This document shows, piece by piece, positions 21,058 to 31,210 of a stretch of 57,091 nt of DNA. Position numbers and translations under genes: made by a program. The stretch is taken from the IMG/VR virus record IMGVR_UViG_2534681675_000025, positions 1 through 57,091 of that record; one strand, written 5' to 3'. The stretch's first letter is position 1, and every line of letters begins with the position of its first letter. The notes below the pieces were generated by a model. It ran no database searches. It was not told the DNA's origin and saw only the letters and a list, made by a program, of their open reading frames with translations. This stretch comes from a virus (Duplodnaviria; Heunggongvirae; Uroviricota; Caudoviricetes).

Positions 21058-21199
21058 GGCACAAACCTACAGCCTTGAATGAAGGCTTTCCCCGCCTGCG
21101 GTTTGTGTGGTTGTCGGTACAAATACCGCGCATTGTTTCACTGCCCCCATCACCGCAACCATAAGGCTCCAGTAAGTTTTTTCTAACGGAGCACGGCTC

Positions 21200-22033
21200 A
21201 TGACAGTGAAAGCAAAGCGTTTTCGCATCGGGGTGGAAGGTGCCACTACCGACGGACGCGAAATCCAGCGTGAATGGCTGGAACAGATGGCAGCCAGCTA
21301 CAACCCGGCGGTGTATACCGCGCTGATTAACCTTGAGCACATTAAGTCTTATCTGCCGGACAGCACGTTTAACCGCTACGGCAAGGTGACGGCGCTGTTT
21401 GCTGAAGAAATCGCGGAAGGTCCGCTGGCAGGCAAGATGGCACTGTATGCCGACGTTGAGCCAACGGAGTCCCTGGTGGAACTGGTGAAAAAAGGCCAGA
21501 AATTATTCACCTCTATGGAAGTCAGCCCGAAGTTTGCTGATACGGGCAAAGCCTACCTGGTCGGCCTGGCTGCCACTGATGATCCCGCCAGTCTGGGTAC
21601 GGAAATGCTGACATTCAGCGCCAGTGCAGCCCATAACCCGCTGGCAAACCGCAAGCAGAATCCTGCCAATCTTTTTACCGCTGCAGAGGAAACGGTGATC
21701 GAACTGGAAGAAATCCAGGAGGACAAGCCGTCCCTGTTTGCCCGCGTCACGGCGCTGTTTACCAAAAAAGAGCAGTCCGATGACGTCCGGTTCTCTGATG
21801 TGCATAAGGCCGTGGAACTGGTCGCCACTGAGCAGCAGAACCTGAGCACGCGCACCGAAAAATCCCTGTCTGAGCAGGAAGAACGCCTGTCTGAGCTGGA
21901 GACTGCTCTGCAGGAGCAGCAAACCGCCTTTAACGAACTGGTGGATAAGCTGAGTCATGAAGACAGCCGCCAGGACTACCGCCAGCGTGCAACAGGCGGC
22001 AACGCCCCCGCTGACACTCTGACCAATTGCTGA
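21200..22033 (+). CDS. O: Capsid scaffolding protein (P2 gpO family)
   Basis: 277 aa; FRIGVEG...INLEH...YLVGLAATDDPASLGTE matches gpO. Confidence 0.85.
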   Translation: MTVKAKRFRIGVEGATTDGREIQREWLEQMAASYNPAVYTALINLEHIKSYLPDSTFNRYGKVTALFAEEIAEGPLAGKMALYADVEPTESLVELVKKGQKLFTSMEVSPKFADTGKAYLVGLAATDDPASLGTEMLTFSASAAHNPLANRKQNPANLFTAAEETVIELEEIQEDKPSLFARVTALFTKKEQSDDVRFSDVHKAVELVATEQQNLSTRTEKSLSEQEERLSELETALQEQQTAFNELVDKLSHEDSRQDYRQRATGGNAPADTLTNC

Positions 22034-22049
22034 TGGAGCATAAAACCCA

Positions 22050-23108
22050 ATGAAGAAGAATACCCGTTTTGCTTTTAACGCTTACCTGCAGCAACTGGCG
22101 CGTCTGAACGGTGTGGCAGTTGAGGAACTGTCCAGCAAGTTCACCGTAGAGCCGTCTGTGCAGCAGACGCTGGAAGACCAGATCCAGCAGTCCGCCGCTT
22201 TCCTGACGCTGATTAACGTCACGCCAGTGACTGAGCAGTCCGGTCAGCTGCTTGGATTGGGTGTTGGCAGCACCATTGCCGGAACCACTGACACCACCGC
22301 GAAAGAGCGTGAACCTGTCGATCCGACGCTGATGATCGATGTGGAATACAAATGCGAACAGACCAACTTTGACACGGTGCTGACCTACGCGAAGCTGGAC
22401 CTGTGGGCGAAGTTTCAGGATTTCCAGGTGCGTATCCGTGACGCCATCGTGAAACGCCAGGCACTGGACCGCATCATGATCGGCTTTAACGGCGTGAAGC
22501 GTGCGAAAACCTCCAACCGTAGCGAAAACCCGCTGCTGCAGGATGTGAACAAAGGCTGGCTGCAGAAAATCCGTGAGGATGCACCGGATCACGTCATGGG
22601 CAGCACCACCACGGGCGGTGAAACCACACCGGGTGCGGTGAAAGTCGGGAAAGGTGGCGAATATGCCAACCTGGACGCCGTGGTGATGGATGCGGTCAAT
22701 GAGCTTATCGACGTGGTCTACCAGGACGATGACGATCTGGTGGTGATTTGCGGTCGTGAGCTGCTGTCTGACAAGTATTTCCCGCTGGTCAACAAAGAGC
22801 AGGAAAACAGTGAAAAACTGGCTGCCGATATGATCATCAGTCAGAAACGCATGGGTGGCCTGCAGGCCGTGCGTGCGCCGTTCTTCCCGCCGAATGCGCT
22901 GCTGATCACCCGTCTGGATAACCTGTCCATTTACTGGCAGGAAGACACCCGCCGCCGTTCGGTTATCGACAACCCGAAACGTGACCGGATTGAAAATTTT
23001 GAATCCGTTAACGAAGCCTATGTGGTTGAGGACTACCGCTGCGCCGCACTGGTGGAAAACATCCAGATTGGCGACTTCAGCGCCGCCGCAGCAGAAACCG
23101 GAGCGTAA
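22050..23108 (+). CDS. N: Major capsid protein (P2 gpN family)
   Basis: 352 aa, position after O. Confidence 0.9.
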   Translation: MKKNTRFAFNAYLQQLARLNGVAVEELSSKFTVEPSVQQTLEDQIQQSAAFLTLINVTPVTEQSGQLLGLGVGSTIAGTTDTTAKEREPVDPTLMIDVEYKCEQTNFDTVLTYAKLDLWAKFQDFQVRIRDAIVKRQALDRIMIGFNGVKRAKTSNRSENPLLQDVNKGWLQKIREDAPDHVMGSTTTGGETTPGAVKVGKGGEYANLDAVVMDAVNELIDVVYQDDDDLVVICGRELLSDKYFPLVNKEQENSEKLAADMIISQKRMGGLQAVRAPFFPPNALLITRLDNLSIYWQEDTRRRSVIDNPKRDRIENFESVNEAYVVEDYRCAALVENIQIGDFSAAAAETGA

Positions 23109-23111
23109 ACC

Positions 23112-23762
23112 ATGAGCCTGAGTCCCGCACGGCAGCATCGCCTGCGCGTTCAGGCTGAACAGGCCGCCCGCGAGGGCGGCAGCGTTCGCCACGCGTCGGG
23201 CTATGACCTGATGCTGCTGCAACTGGCAGAAGACCGCCGCCGTCTCAAGGGCGTTCAGTCCACGGTCAAAAAAGCGGAAATCAAGGTGGAGCTGCTGCCG
23301 AAATACGCCGCCTGGGCGGAGGGTGTCCTGGCTGCCGGAGGCGCTCAACAGGATGACGTGCTGATGTACGTGATGCTGTGGCGCATTGATGCCGAAGATT
23401 ATGTCGGAGCGCTGGAGATCGGGCGTCATGCCCTGCGTCATGGCTGGGTGATGCCGCTGGGTAACCGCAACGTGCAGACCGTGCTGGCAGAGGAAATGGC
23501 AGACGCAGCGCAGAGCGCAATGCTTGCCACTACCGGCTTTGATGTCGATCTGCTGCTGCAGACGCTGGAGCTGACAGACGGTCTGGATATGCCGGACCAG
23601 TCACGGGCGCGTCTGCATAAAGCGATTGGCGCTGTCCTGAGTGAAAGTAATCCGGCTTCCGCCCTTAATCATCTCAACCATGCGTTACAGCTCGATCCCC
23701 GCTGTGGCGTGAAAAAAGACAAACAGCAGCTGGAGCGCAGACTGCGCAATGACAGCCGCTGA
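23112..23762 (+). CDS. M: Terminase small/endonuclease subunit (P2 gpM family)
   Basis: 216 aa, position after N. Confidence 0.8.
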   Translation: MSLSPARQHRLRVQAEQAAREGGSVRHASGYDLMLLQLAEDRRRLKGVQSTVKKAEIKVELLPKYAAWAEGVLAAGGAQQDDVLMYVMLWRIDAEDYVGALEIGRHALRHGWVMPLGNRNVQTVLAEEMADAAQSAMLATTGFDVDLLLQTLELTDGLDMPDQSRARLHKAIGAVLSESNPASALNHLNHALQLDPRCGVKKDKQQLERRLRNDSR

Positions 23763-23857
23763 CAGAACGTGCCCCCGCGCACGGGCGGCACGGGGTGGCG
23801 AAAGGCACTGCCACATCAAAACCCCGTCCACCGCCCTTTATTTCAGGAGAAAGCAGC

Positions 23858-24322
23858 ATGAAGTTTGTTGCGCCAGAACAGGCACCGGAACAGGCGGAAA
23901 TCATCAGAAATACGCCGTTCTGGCCTGATGTGGACCTGTCGGAGTTTCGCAGTGTCATGCGCACTGACGGCACGGTGACGCAGCCGCGTTTAAAGCAGGT
24001 TGCGCTGTCGGCAATTTCGGAGGTCAACGCAGAGCTGTATGAGTTTCGCAGACGCCAGCAGATGCTGGGGTATGCCTCGCTGGCAGAAGTCCCGGCGGAA
24101 CAACTGGACGGCAAAAGCGAGCGCATTCAGCACTATTTCAACGCGGTTTACTGCTGGGCACGCGCCATGCTCAACGAACGTTACCAGGACTATGACGCCA
24201 CGGCATCCGGTGCGAAGCGAGGCGAGGAACTGGCGGAAGCAAGCGGTGATTTATGGCGTGACGCCCGCTGGGCCATCAGCCGGGTGCAGGATGCGCCGCA
24301 CTGCACAGTGGAGCTTATCTGA
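23858..24322 (+). CDS. L: Head completion protein (P2 gpL family)
   Basis: ATG at 23858 (MKFVAPEQ...) with upstream AGGAGA; position after M. Confidence 0.8.
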   Translation: MKFVAPEQAPEQAEIIRNTPFWPDVDLSEFRSVMRTDGTVTQPRLKQVALSAISEVNAELYEFRRRQQMLGYASLAEVPAEQLDGKSERIQHYFNAVYCWARAMLNERYQDYDATASGAKRGEELAEASGDLWRDARWAISRVQDAPHCTVELI

Positions 24323-24525
24323 TGAAAGTGCGTGCGCATCAGTATGACACGGTGGACGCACTTTGCTGGCGTCATTACGGGCGCACGCAGGGTGTCACGG
24401 AGCAGGTACTGAAGGCAAATCCGGGGCTTGCCGAATACGGCCCCTTTTTACCTCTCGGGCTGCAGGTGGAGCTGCCGGACATTCCGACAACCACCACCGT
24501 GCAGACCGTCCAGCTATGGGACTGA
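24322..24525 (+). CDS. X: Tail protein X (P2 gpX family)
   Basis: 67 aa, MKVRAHQYDTVDALCWRHYG...; homologous copy in prophage 2. Confidence 0.8.
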   Translation: MKVRAHQYDTVDALCWRHYGRTQGVTEQVLKANPGLAEYGPFLPLGLQVELPDIPTTTTVQTVQLWD

Positions 24526-24528
24526 ATT

Positions 24529-24744
24529 ATGACGCTTGAGCGAATCAGCGCCTTTATCACGTATTGCATCGCCGTCGTGCTGGCCTGGCTGGGCGATTTG
24601 TCCATCAAGGATGCCTCAACGCTGGGCGGCCTGATGATTGGTGTGCTGATGCTGGCTATCAACTGGTACTACAAACACAAAGCCTACCAGCTTCTGCGCG
24701 ACGGGCAGATTTCGCGGGAGGACTATGAATCCATCAATCGTTAA
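24529..24744 (+). CDS. Putative holin
   Basis: 71 aa, two hydrophobic segments, directly upstream of the endolysin. Confidence 0.6.
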   Translation: MTLERISAFITYCIAVVLAWLGDLSIKDASTLGGLMIGVLMLAINWYYKHKAYQLLRDGQISREDYESINR

Positions 24745-25240
24745 ACGCTGCCTTGTCGGAGCCGTGCTGGCTATTGCTGCCACGCTGCCGGGGTTTCAGC
24801 AGCTTCACACCTCCGTGGAGGGGCTGAAACTGATTGCCGATTACGAAGGTTGTCGTCTGCAGCCGTATCAGTGCAGCGCGGGTGTCTGGACCGACGGCAT
24901 TGGAAATACGTCGGGCGTCATTCCCGGCAAAACAATCACGGAACGACAGGCAGCAGAAGGGCTTATTTCCAACGTGCTGCGTGTGGAGCGGGCGCTGGAA
25001 AGGTGTGTGAAGCAACAGCCGCCGCAGAAGGTATATGACGCTACGGTGTCGTTTGCCTTCAACGTGGGAACGGGCAATGCCTGCAGTTCTACGCTGGTGA
25101 AATTGCTCAATCAGCGGCGCTGGGCAGAAGCGTGCCGACAGTTGCCGCGCTGGGTTTATGTGAAAGGTGTGTTTAATCAGGGGCTGGATAACCGCCGTGC
25201 GCGGGAGATGGCCTGGTGCCTTAAAGGAGCTGGATTATGA
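24725..25240 (+). CDS. K: Endolysin, phage lysozyme type (P2 gpK-like)
   Basis: 171 aa; YEGCRLQPYQCSAGVWTDGIGNT lysozyme-type catalytic region. Confidence 0.85.
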   Translation: MNPSIVKRCLVGAVLAIAATLPGFQQLHTSVEGLKLIADYEGCRLQPYQCSAGVWTDGIGNTSGVIPGKTITERQAAEGLISNVLRVERALERCVKQQPPQKVYDATVSFAFNVGTGNACSSTLVKLLNQRRWAEACRQLPRWVYVKGVFNQGLDNRRAREMAWCLKGAGL

Positions 25241-25665
25241 CGCGTGCGCTGGCGGTAGTGGCGGCGCTGGCACTCGTTGCGCTGGGCTGGCAGTCGTGGC
25301 GGCTTAACAGCGCCAGCCACACCATCGAAACGCAGCGCGCGGCGCTGAAAAGTAAAGCGCACGAACTAACGAAGAAAAATAGCCAGCTGATCAGTCTGTC
25401 CATTCTGGCTGAAACCAATAACAGGGAGCAGGCGCGGCTCTATGCCGAAGCAGAACAGACCAGCGCGCTGCTGAGACAACGACAACACCGGATCGAGGAA
25501 CTGAAACGTGAGAACGAGGATTTACGCCGCTGGGCTGATACTCCTTTGCCTGCTGACATTATCCGGCTGCGGGAACGTCCGGCACTCACCGGAGGTGCAG
25601 CTTACCGTCAGTGGTTGTCCGCGAGTGACGCCGTGTCGGCTGGAGCAGGCAGCGCCGCGCACTAA
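25237..25665 (+). CDS. Rz-like i-spanin (LysB-like)
   Basis: 142 aa, N-terminal transmembrane segment then coiled-coil-like region, after the endolysin. Confidence 0.65.
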   Translation: MTRALAVVAALALVALGWQSWRLNSASHTIETQRAALKSKAHELTKKNSQLISLSILAETNNREQARLYAEAEQTSALLRQRQHRIEELKRENEDLRRWADTPLPADIIRLRERPALTGGAAYRQWLSASDAVSAGAGSAAH

Positions 25666-25798
25666 CGGTGATCTGAACGCATTGCTGGATGAAACGGAGG
25701 CCGCCTGGGCGGTCTGTGCAGACAAAGTGGACATGATTATTGCGTGTCAGGAGCGAAACAGTGAACAAACCACAATCCCTGCGCCACGCCCTCAATAA
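25508..25798 (+). CDS. Rz1-like o-spanin lipoprotein (LysC-like), overlapping LysB in another frame
   Basis: Lipobox LTLSGC, Pro-rich; embedded/overlapping arrangement typical of spanin pairs. Confidence 0.5.
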   Translation: MRTRIYAAGLILLCLLTLSGCGNVRHSPEVQLTVSGCPRVTPCRLEQAAPRTNGDLNALLDETEAAWAVCADKVDMIIACQERNSEQTTIPAPRPQ

Positions 25799-26192
25799 AG
25801 CAGTGCCTTATGTCCGCAATAACCCGGATAAGCTGCATCTGTTTGTGGATAACGGTTCGCTGGTTGCCACGGGGGCCAGCTCCATGTCATGGGAGTACCG
25901 TTATACCCTCAACGTGGTGATTGAGGATTTCAGCGGCGACCAGAATCTGCTGATGGCCCCGGTTTTGCTGTGGCTGCGTGATAACCAGCCCGATGCCATC
26001 AATAATCCGGCGTTACGGGAAAAGTTATTCACCTTTGAGGTGGATATTCTGCGCAACGATGTCTGTGATATCAGCCTCAACCTGCAACTGACGGAACGTG
26101 TGCTGGTCAGCACTGACGGAAGTGTGTCGAGCGTTGAAGCAGTAGCGGAACCCGATGAACCTGAAGAAATGTGGACGGTGAAACGTGGCTGA
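25761..26192 (+). CDS. R: Tail completion protein (P2 gpR family); start uncertain (TTG 25740 or GTG 25761)
   Basis: Position and sequence similar to prophage 2 R; RBS-like caggag before GTG 25761. Confidence 0.7.
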   Translation: MNKPQSLRHALNKAVPYVRNNPDKLHLFVDNGSLVATGASSMSWEYRYTLNVVIEDFSGDQNLLMAPVLLWLRDNQPDAINNPALREKLFTFEVDILRNDVCDISLNLQLTERVLVSTDGSVSSVEAVAEPDEPEEMWTVKRG

Positions 26193-26637
26193 ACTGCAGA
26201 AGGTGGACGACTGGCTGAGTGCTTTGCTGGCGAATCTGGAACCAGCCGCAAGAAGCCGAATGATGCGCCAGCTGGCGCAGGAACTGCGCCGGACACAGCA
26301 GCAGAATATCAGGATGCAGCGCAATCCAGATGGCAGCAGTTATGAGCCGCGCAGGGTAACAGCACGCAGCAAGAAGGGGCGCATCAAACGTCAGATGTTT
26401 GCAAAGCTGCGCACCACAAAATACCTGAGAACTGCCGCCAGCGCGGATTCTGCCAGCGTACAGTTTGAAGGTAAGGTACAGCGTATTGCCCGTGTTCATC
26501 ACTACGGTCTGCGCGATCGCGTCAGTCCAAAGGGGGGAGTCATTAAGTATCCATCCCGAAAATTGCTGGGTTTAAATGAACATACTGAAAATGAAGTAAG
26601 AGATTTACTTTTAAAGTATTTATTGATGAAAAATTAG
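26185..26637 (+). CDS. S: Tail completion/virion morphogenesis protein (P2 gpS family)
   Basis: 150 aa, GTG start overlapping R. Confidence 0.8.
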   Translation: MAELQKVDDWLSALLANLEPAARSRMMRQLAQELRRTQQQNIRMQRNPDGSSYEPRRVTARSKKGRIKRQMFAKLRTTKYLRTAASADSASVQFEGKVQRIARVHHYGLRDRVSPKGGVIKYPSRKLLGLNEHTENEVRDLLLKYLLMKN

Positions 26638-26642
26638 AATGT

Positions 26643-27212
26643 TTACGCTCTTAATAAACTTAAATAACTTTTTATGCTTTGGCAAAAAGGGAAAAGGTCT
26701 ATTTTAATTTTCCAGTTTTTTTTGTTTTGAACCCCAGAAGCAATAATAGAACCGTCCCAATATTTTATTCCATTTTTGCCGGTCTTTTTTGTTAACTCAA
26801 AACTTAATGCGTGAATAATTTTATTGCAGCATTCGCGTATAGAATCTTTAACATGACCATCTATAACAAAAAGTATATTTTCATGTTCTTCAAATGCTTC
26901 TTTCTCAGGTGAGTAATCTGGGTTCCACTCATGTTCACTAGTGTCTTGGAGAATTCGTAGTTTTGTACAAAGGCTAATAAGATTGTTGCTAATGGTATAT
27001 TCCAACCATCCGTTGTACGATAACTCCTCCATTTCAAATTCAGTTACTATAGAACCATCATATACTTTCTGTGTGGAATATATACGCTGTAAATAAAATT
27101 CAGATGAACAGCATAATTGCTCAATTATTCTTGCGTGTTCTTCTATAGCGTAATAATCAATTGGATGGCTCATTCTTTTACCTTTCTTTGATTGGAATTG
27201 TATTTGTGTCAT
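26643..27212 (-). CDS. Hypothetical AT-rich protein inserted between S and V; start 27212 or 27173
   Basis: 189-aa (or 176-aa) ORF on the opposite strand to the flanking tail genes; AT-rich; no recognisable motif. Confidence 0.6.
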   Translation of the reverse strand: MTQIQFQSKKGKRMSHPIDYYAIEEHARIIEQLCCSSEFYLQRIYSTQKVYDGSIVTEFEMEELSYNGWLEYTISNNLISLCTKLRILQDTSEHEWNPDYSPEKEAFEEHENILFVIDGHVKDSIRECCNKIIHALSFELTKKTGKNGIKYWDGSIIASGVQNKKNWKIKIDLFPFCQSIKSYLSLLRA

Positions 27213-27268
27213 TTACCACACAAGGACGTATTGATGCCATAGATTCAAGGTCCGTGCAACCTAACCCT

Positions 27269-27847
27269 ATGAACGCACAACTAACCGAAATCATGCGCCT
27301 TATCACCAACCTGATCCGCACTGGTGTAGTCACCGAAGTGGACCGGGAAAACTGGCTTTGCCGGGTTAAAACGGGCGAGCTTGAAACCAACTGGATCAGC
27401 TGGCTGACGCTGCGTGCCGGGAATGCCCGCACATGGTGGCGACCATCGGAAGGTGAGCAGGTGGTGCTGCTGAGTCTGGGCGGCAATCTGGAAACTGCCT
27501 TTGCGCTGCCCGCTGTCTATTCGAATCAGTTCGCACCACCGTCGACGTCGGCAGACGCCTGCGTGACAGAACATCCTGACGGCGGCTGGTTTGAATACGA
27601 ACCCACTACCGGGCGCTGGTATGTCAGGGGCATCAAATCAATGGTCATTGAGGCCGCTGACAACATCACCATGAAAACCAGTGAGTTTGTACTGGAGGCT
27701 GACCGCACGCGCATTAACAGCGAAGTGGTGATCAATGGTGGCGTTACCCAGGGCGGCGGAGCGATGAGTTCTAACGGGATCGTGGTTGATGCGCATCAGC
27801 ATACTGACGTCCTGAAAGGCGGCGACACAACCGGAGGCCCGGTATGA
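27269..27847 (+). CDS. V: Baseplate spike/assembly protein (P2 gpV family)
   Basis: Begins MNAQLTEIMRLITNLIRTG, similar to P2 V N-terminus as recalled. Confidence 0.85.
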   Translation: MNAQLTEIMRLITNLIRTGVVTEVDRENWLCRVKTGELETNWISWLTLRAGNARTWWRPSEGEQVVLLSLGGNLETAFALPAVYSNQFAPPSTSADACVTEHPDGGWFEYEPTTGRWYVRGIKSMVIEAADNITMKTSEFVLEADRTRINSEVVINGGVTQGGGAMSSNGIVVDAHQHTDVLKGGDTTGGPV

Positions 27848-28203
27848 CGCTTTATAGCGGGATGAACAATACCAGCGGTAAAGCCATTACTGATATTGAT
27901 CATCTGCGCCAGTCGGTGCGGGACATTTTGCTGACGCCGCAGGGTAGCCGCATTGCCCGTCGGGAATATGGTTCCCTGCTGTCGGCACTGATAGACCAGC
28001 CACAAAATCCGGCATTACGCCTGCAGGTCATGTCGGCAGTGTATGTGGCGCTGAGTCGCTGGGAGCCACGGCTGACGCTGGATTCCATCACCATTAACAG
28101 CAATTTTGACGGTTCAATGGTGGTGGAGCTGACCGGGCGGCGTAATAACGGTGTGCCTGTTTCCCTTTCCGTATCAACAGGAGCAGAGAATGGCAGTGAT
28201 TGA
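27844..28203 (+). CDS. W: Baseplate protein (P2 gpW family)
   Basis: 119 aa, overlaps V stop. Confidence 0.85.
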   Translation: MTLYSGMNNTSGKAITDIDHLRQSVRDILLTPQGSRIARREYGSLLSALIDQPQNPALRLQVMSAVYVALSRWEPRLTLDSITINSNFDGSMVVELTGRRNNGVPVSLSVSTGAENGSD

Positions 28204-29098
28204 CCTTTCGCAGTTGCCTGCGCCGCAGATTGTGGATGTGCCGGACTTTGAGACGCTGCTTGCCGAACGCAAGGCAGAATTTGTGGCGCTTCATCCGAAA
28301 GATGAGCAGGAAGCAGTGATCCGCACGCTGGAACTGGAATCTGAACCCGTCACCAAATTGTTGCAGGAGAATGCTTACCGTGAGTTGCTTCTGCGCCAGC
28401 GCATTAACGAAGCCGCGCAGGCGGTGATGGTGGCTTATGCCATAGGGGGCGATCTGGACCAGCTCGCCGCCAACTACAACGTGAAACGCCTGACGGTGAC
28501 GCCTGCTGATAATGACGCTGTGCCGCCCGTTGCAGCTGTGATGGAAAGCGATGAAGCGTTACGCCTGCGTGTGCCTGCAGCCTTTGAAGGGCTTTCAGTT
28601 GCGGGGCCAACTGCAGCTTATGAATTTCATGCCCGAAGCGCCGACGGTCGGGTGGCGGATGCCAGTGCAACCAGCCCAGCACCTGCAGAGGTGGTGCTGA
28701 CTGTCCTTAGCCGCGAAGGCGATGGAACTGCAGAAAAAGACCTGCTGGACGTGGTGAAAAAAGCTCTGAACAGTGAGAACGTCCGCCCGGTGGCTGACCG
28801 TCTTACGGTTCGCAGCGCAGAAATCATCCCGTATCGCGTGGAAGCCACCATTTTTCTCTATCCGGGACCGGAAGCAGAGCCGGTAATGGCAGCGGCAAAA
28901 GCCAGTCTGCAGAAGTACATTGCCAGCCAGACGAGGCTTGGTCGGGATATTCGCCGTAGCGCCATCTTTGCTGCTCTGCATGTTGAGGGTGTTCAACGTG
29001 TGGAACTGGCTTCTCCGCTGGCGGATGTGGTCCTGAACAAAACACAGGCGGCATCATGTACGCAGTGGAGCGTAACCAACGGAGGAACGGATGAATAG
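28190..29098 (+). CDS. J: Baseplate protein (P2 gpJ family)
   Basis: ATG 28190 (MAVIDLSQLP...); 302 aa. Confidence 0.85.
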   Translation: MAVIDLSQLPAPQIVDVPDFETLLAERKAEFVALHPKDEQEAVIRTLELESEPVTKLLQENAYRELLLRQRINEAAQAVMVAYAIGGDLDQLAANYNVKRLTVTPADNDAVPPVAAVMESDEALRLRVPAAFEGLSVAGPTAAYEFHARSADGRVADASATSPAPAEVVLTVLSREGDGTAEKDLLDVVKKALNSENVRPVADRLTVRSAEIIPYRVEATIFLYPGPEAEPVMAAAKASLQKYIASQTRLGRDIRRSAIFAALHVEGVQRVELASPLADVVLNKTQAASCTQWSVTNGGTDE

Positions 29099-29696
29099 TC
29101 TGCTGCCACCGGGTTCAACTTCACTGGAGCGCCGACTGGCGCAAACCTGTAGCGGGATTTCTGATCTGCAGGTGCCGCTGCGTGACTTGTGGAATCCGGC
29201 TACCTGTCCGGTCAGCTTCCTGCCTTATCTCGCCTGGGCGTTCTCTGTGGATCGCTGGGACGAGGGCTGGACAGAAAGCGTCAAACGCCAGGTAGTGAAG
29301 GATGCTTTTTATATTCATCAGCATAAAGGAACTACCAGTGCCGTGCGGCGGGTGGTGGAACCGTTCGGATTCCTGATCCGCATTATTGAGTGGTGGCAGA
29401 CCGGAGAAACACCGGGCACGTTTCGCCTGGATATCGGCGTGCAGGACCAGGGCATCACTGAAGATACCTATCTGGAACTTGAGCGGCTGATAAGCGATGC
29501 CAAACCATGTAGCCGTCACATGATCGGCATGTCCATCAATCTGCAGACCAGCGGTCCGCATTGGGTGGGGGCCGCCAGCTATCTTGGCGAAGAAATCACG
29601 ATCTATCCGTATATCAACGAAACAATTATTTCCGGCGGCACCGCGCATGAAGGCGGGGCGGTCCATGTTATTGACACAATGAGAGTGAATCCATGA
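29091..29696 (+). CDS. I: Baseplate protein (P2 gpI family)
   Basis: 201 aa, begins MNSLLPPGSTSLERRL. Confidence 0.85.
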   Translation: MNSLLPPGSTSLERRLAQTCSGISDLQVPLRDLWNPATCPVSFLPYLAWAFSVDRWDEGWTESVKRQVVKDAFYIHQHKGTTSAVRRVVEPFGFLIRIIEWWQTGETPGTFRLDIGVQDQGITEDTYLELERLISDAKPCSRHMIGMSINLQTSGPHWVGAASYLGEEITIYPYINETIISGGTAHEGGAVHVIDTMRVNP

Positions 29697-31210
29697 GCAC
29701 AAAATTTTATACCCTGCTGACGGATATTGGCGCGGCGAAACTTGCCAGCGCCGCCGCGCTCGGTGTGCCGCTAAAAATTACCCATATGGCGGTGGGCGAT
29801 GGCGGCGGAACATTGCCAACGCCGGACGCCAAGCAGACAGCATTGGTAAATGAGAAACGCCGGGCTGCGCTGAATATGCTCTATATCGACCCGCAGAACA
29901 GCAGCCAGATTATTGCTGAACAGGTGATCCCTGAAAACGAGGGCGGTTGGTGGATACGTGAAGTGGGCCTGTTTGATGAGTCCGGGGCATTGATTGCCGT
30001 GGGCAACTGCCCGGAAAGCTATAAGCCGCAACTGGCTGAAGGCAGCGGGCGTACCCAGACCGTGCGCATGGTGCTGATTACCAGCAGCACGGACAATATC
30101 ACCCTGAAAATCGACCCTGCCGTAGTGCTGGCAACCCGCAAGTATGTGGATGACAAGGTACTGGAGCTGAAGGTGTACGTGGATGATCAGATGGCAAAAC
30201 ATCTTGCCGCACCGGACCCGCATTCACAGTATGCACCCAAAGAAAGTCCGACGTTTACCGGGACACCAAAAGCGCCAACTCCAGCGGCAGGGAATAACAC
30301 CACGCAGGTTGCGACCACCGCGTTTGTTCAGGCGGCACTGACGGCTCTTATTAATGGTGCGCCAGCCACGCTGGACACGCTGAAAGAAATAGCCGCAGCC
30401 ATTAACAATGATCCGAATTTCAGTACCACCATTAACAATGCGCTGGCACTGAAAGCGCCGTTGTCGAGTCCGGCACTCACCGGAACGCCAACAGCCCCCA
30501 CTGCTGCACAGTCGGTCAACAATACACAGATTGCCACCACGGCTTTTGTGAAATCGGCGATTGCAGCAATGGTAGGTTCTGCACCTGCGGCACTGGATAC
30601 ACTGAACGAACTGGCGTCGGCGTTGGGGAATGATCCGAACTTTGCCACGACAATGCTTAATGCGCTGGCAGGTAAACAACCGCTGGACAATACGCTGACT
30701 AATTTGAGTGGAAAGGATGTCGCTGGTCTTCTCGCATACCTTGGTTTGGGAGAAGGTGCTCCAGCTATTGGCGTTCCGTTCTTCTGGCCGTCCGCCGCAA
30801 TGCCAGATACCGTAATCGAAAGCTGGTCCGGCATGGTGTTTTTGAAGTTCAACGGCGCGAAATTCTCTGCCACTGATTACCCTGTGCTGGCGAAAGTGTT
30901 TCCTTCGCTGGTATTACCTGAAGCCCGCGGTGATTTCATTCGTATCTGGGATGATGGCCGTGGTGTTGATAGTGGCCGTGCGTTACTTTCCGCGCAATCA
31001 GACGATTTCAAAACGCACGAGCATAAAATTTTAGGGCTAAATGGAAGTGGCAGTAATGTAGTGTTTGGCACCGTTTCGAATGCTTCTCCATTATATACCA
31101 GCGGCGTTAGTCAGCCGGGTGGAAGTGCTTTGCCCGCTTTTCAAAACCCAGGCGGTACTGAAACGCGTCCCCGTAACATCGCATTCAACTTTTTAGTAAG
31201 GGCTAAATAA
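29693..31210 (+). CDS. H: Tail fibre protein (P2 gpH family)
   Basis: 505 aa; conserved N-terminus; internal repeats of the LDTLxELAxALGNDPNF motif. Confidence 0.85.
   Translation: MSTKFYTLLTDIGAAKLASAAALGVPLKITHMAVGDGGGTLPTPDAKQTALVNEKRRAALNMLYIDPQNSSQIIAEQVIPENEGGWWIREVGLFDESGALIAVGNCPESYKPQLAEGSGRTQTVRMVLITSSTDNITLKIDPAVVLATRKYVDDKVLELKVYVDDQMAKHLAAPDPHSQYAPKESPTFTGTPKAPTPAAGNNTTQVATTAFVQAALTALINGAPATLDTLKEIAAAINNDPNFSTTINNALALKAPLSSPALTGTPTAPTAAQSVNNTQIATTAFVKSAIAAMVGSAPAALDTLNELASALGNDPNFATTMLNALAGKQPLDNTLTNLSGKDVAGLLAYLGLGEGAPAIGVPFFWPSAAMPDTVIESWSGMVFLKFNGAKFSATDYPVLAKVFPSLVLPEARGDFIRIWDDGRGVDSGRALLSAQSDDFKTHEHKILGLNGSGSNVVFGTVSNASPLYTSGVSQPGGSALPAFQNPGGTETRPRNIAFNFLVRAK

Noticed and set aside
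21930-23441. 503-aa minus-strand ORF opposite capsid genes N and M
   Set aside because: Antisense to major capsid and terminase small subunit genes, which have clear homologues; the long open frame is a by-product of GC-rich coding sequence.
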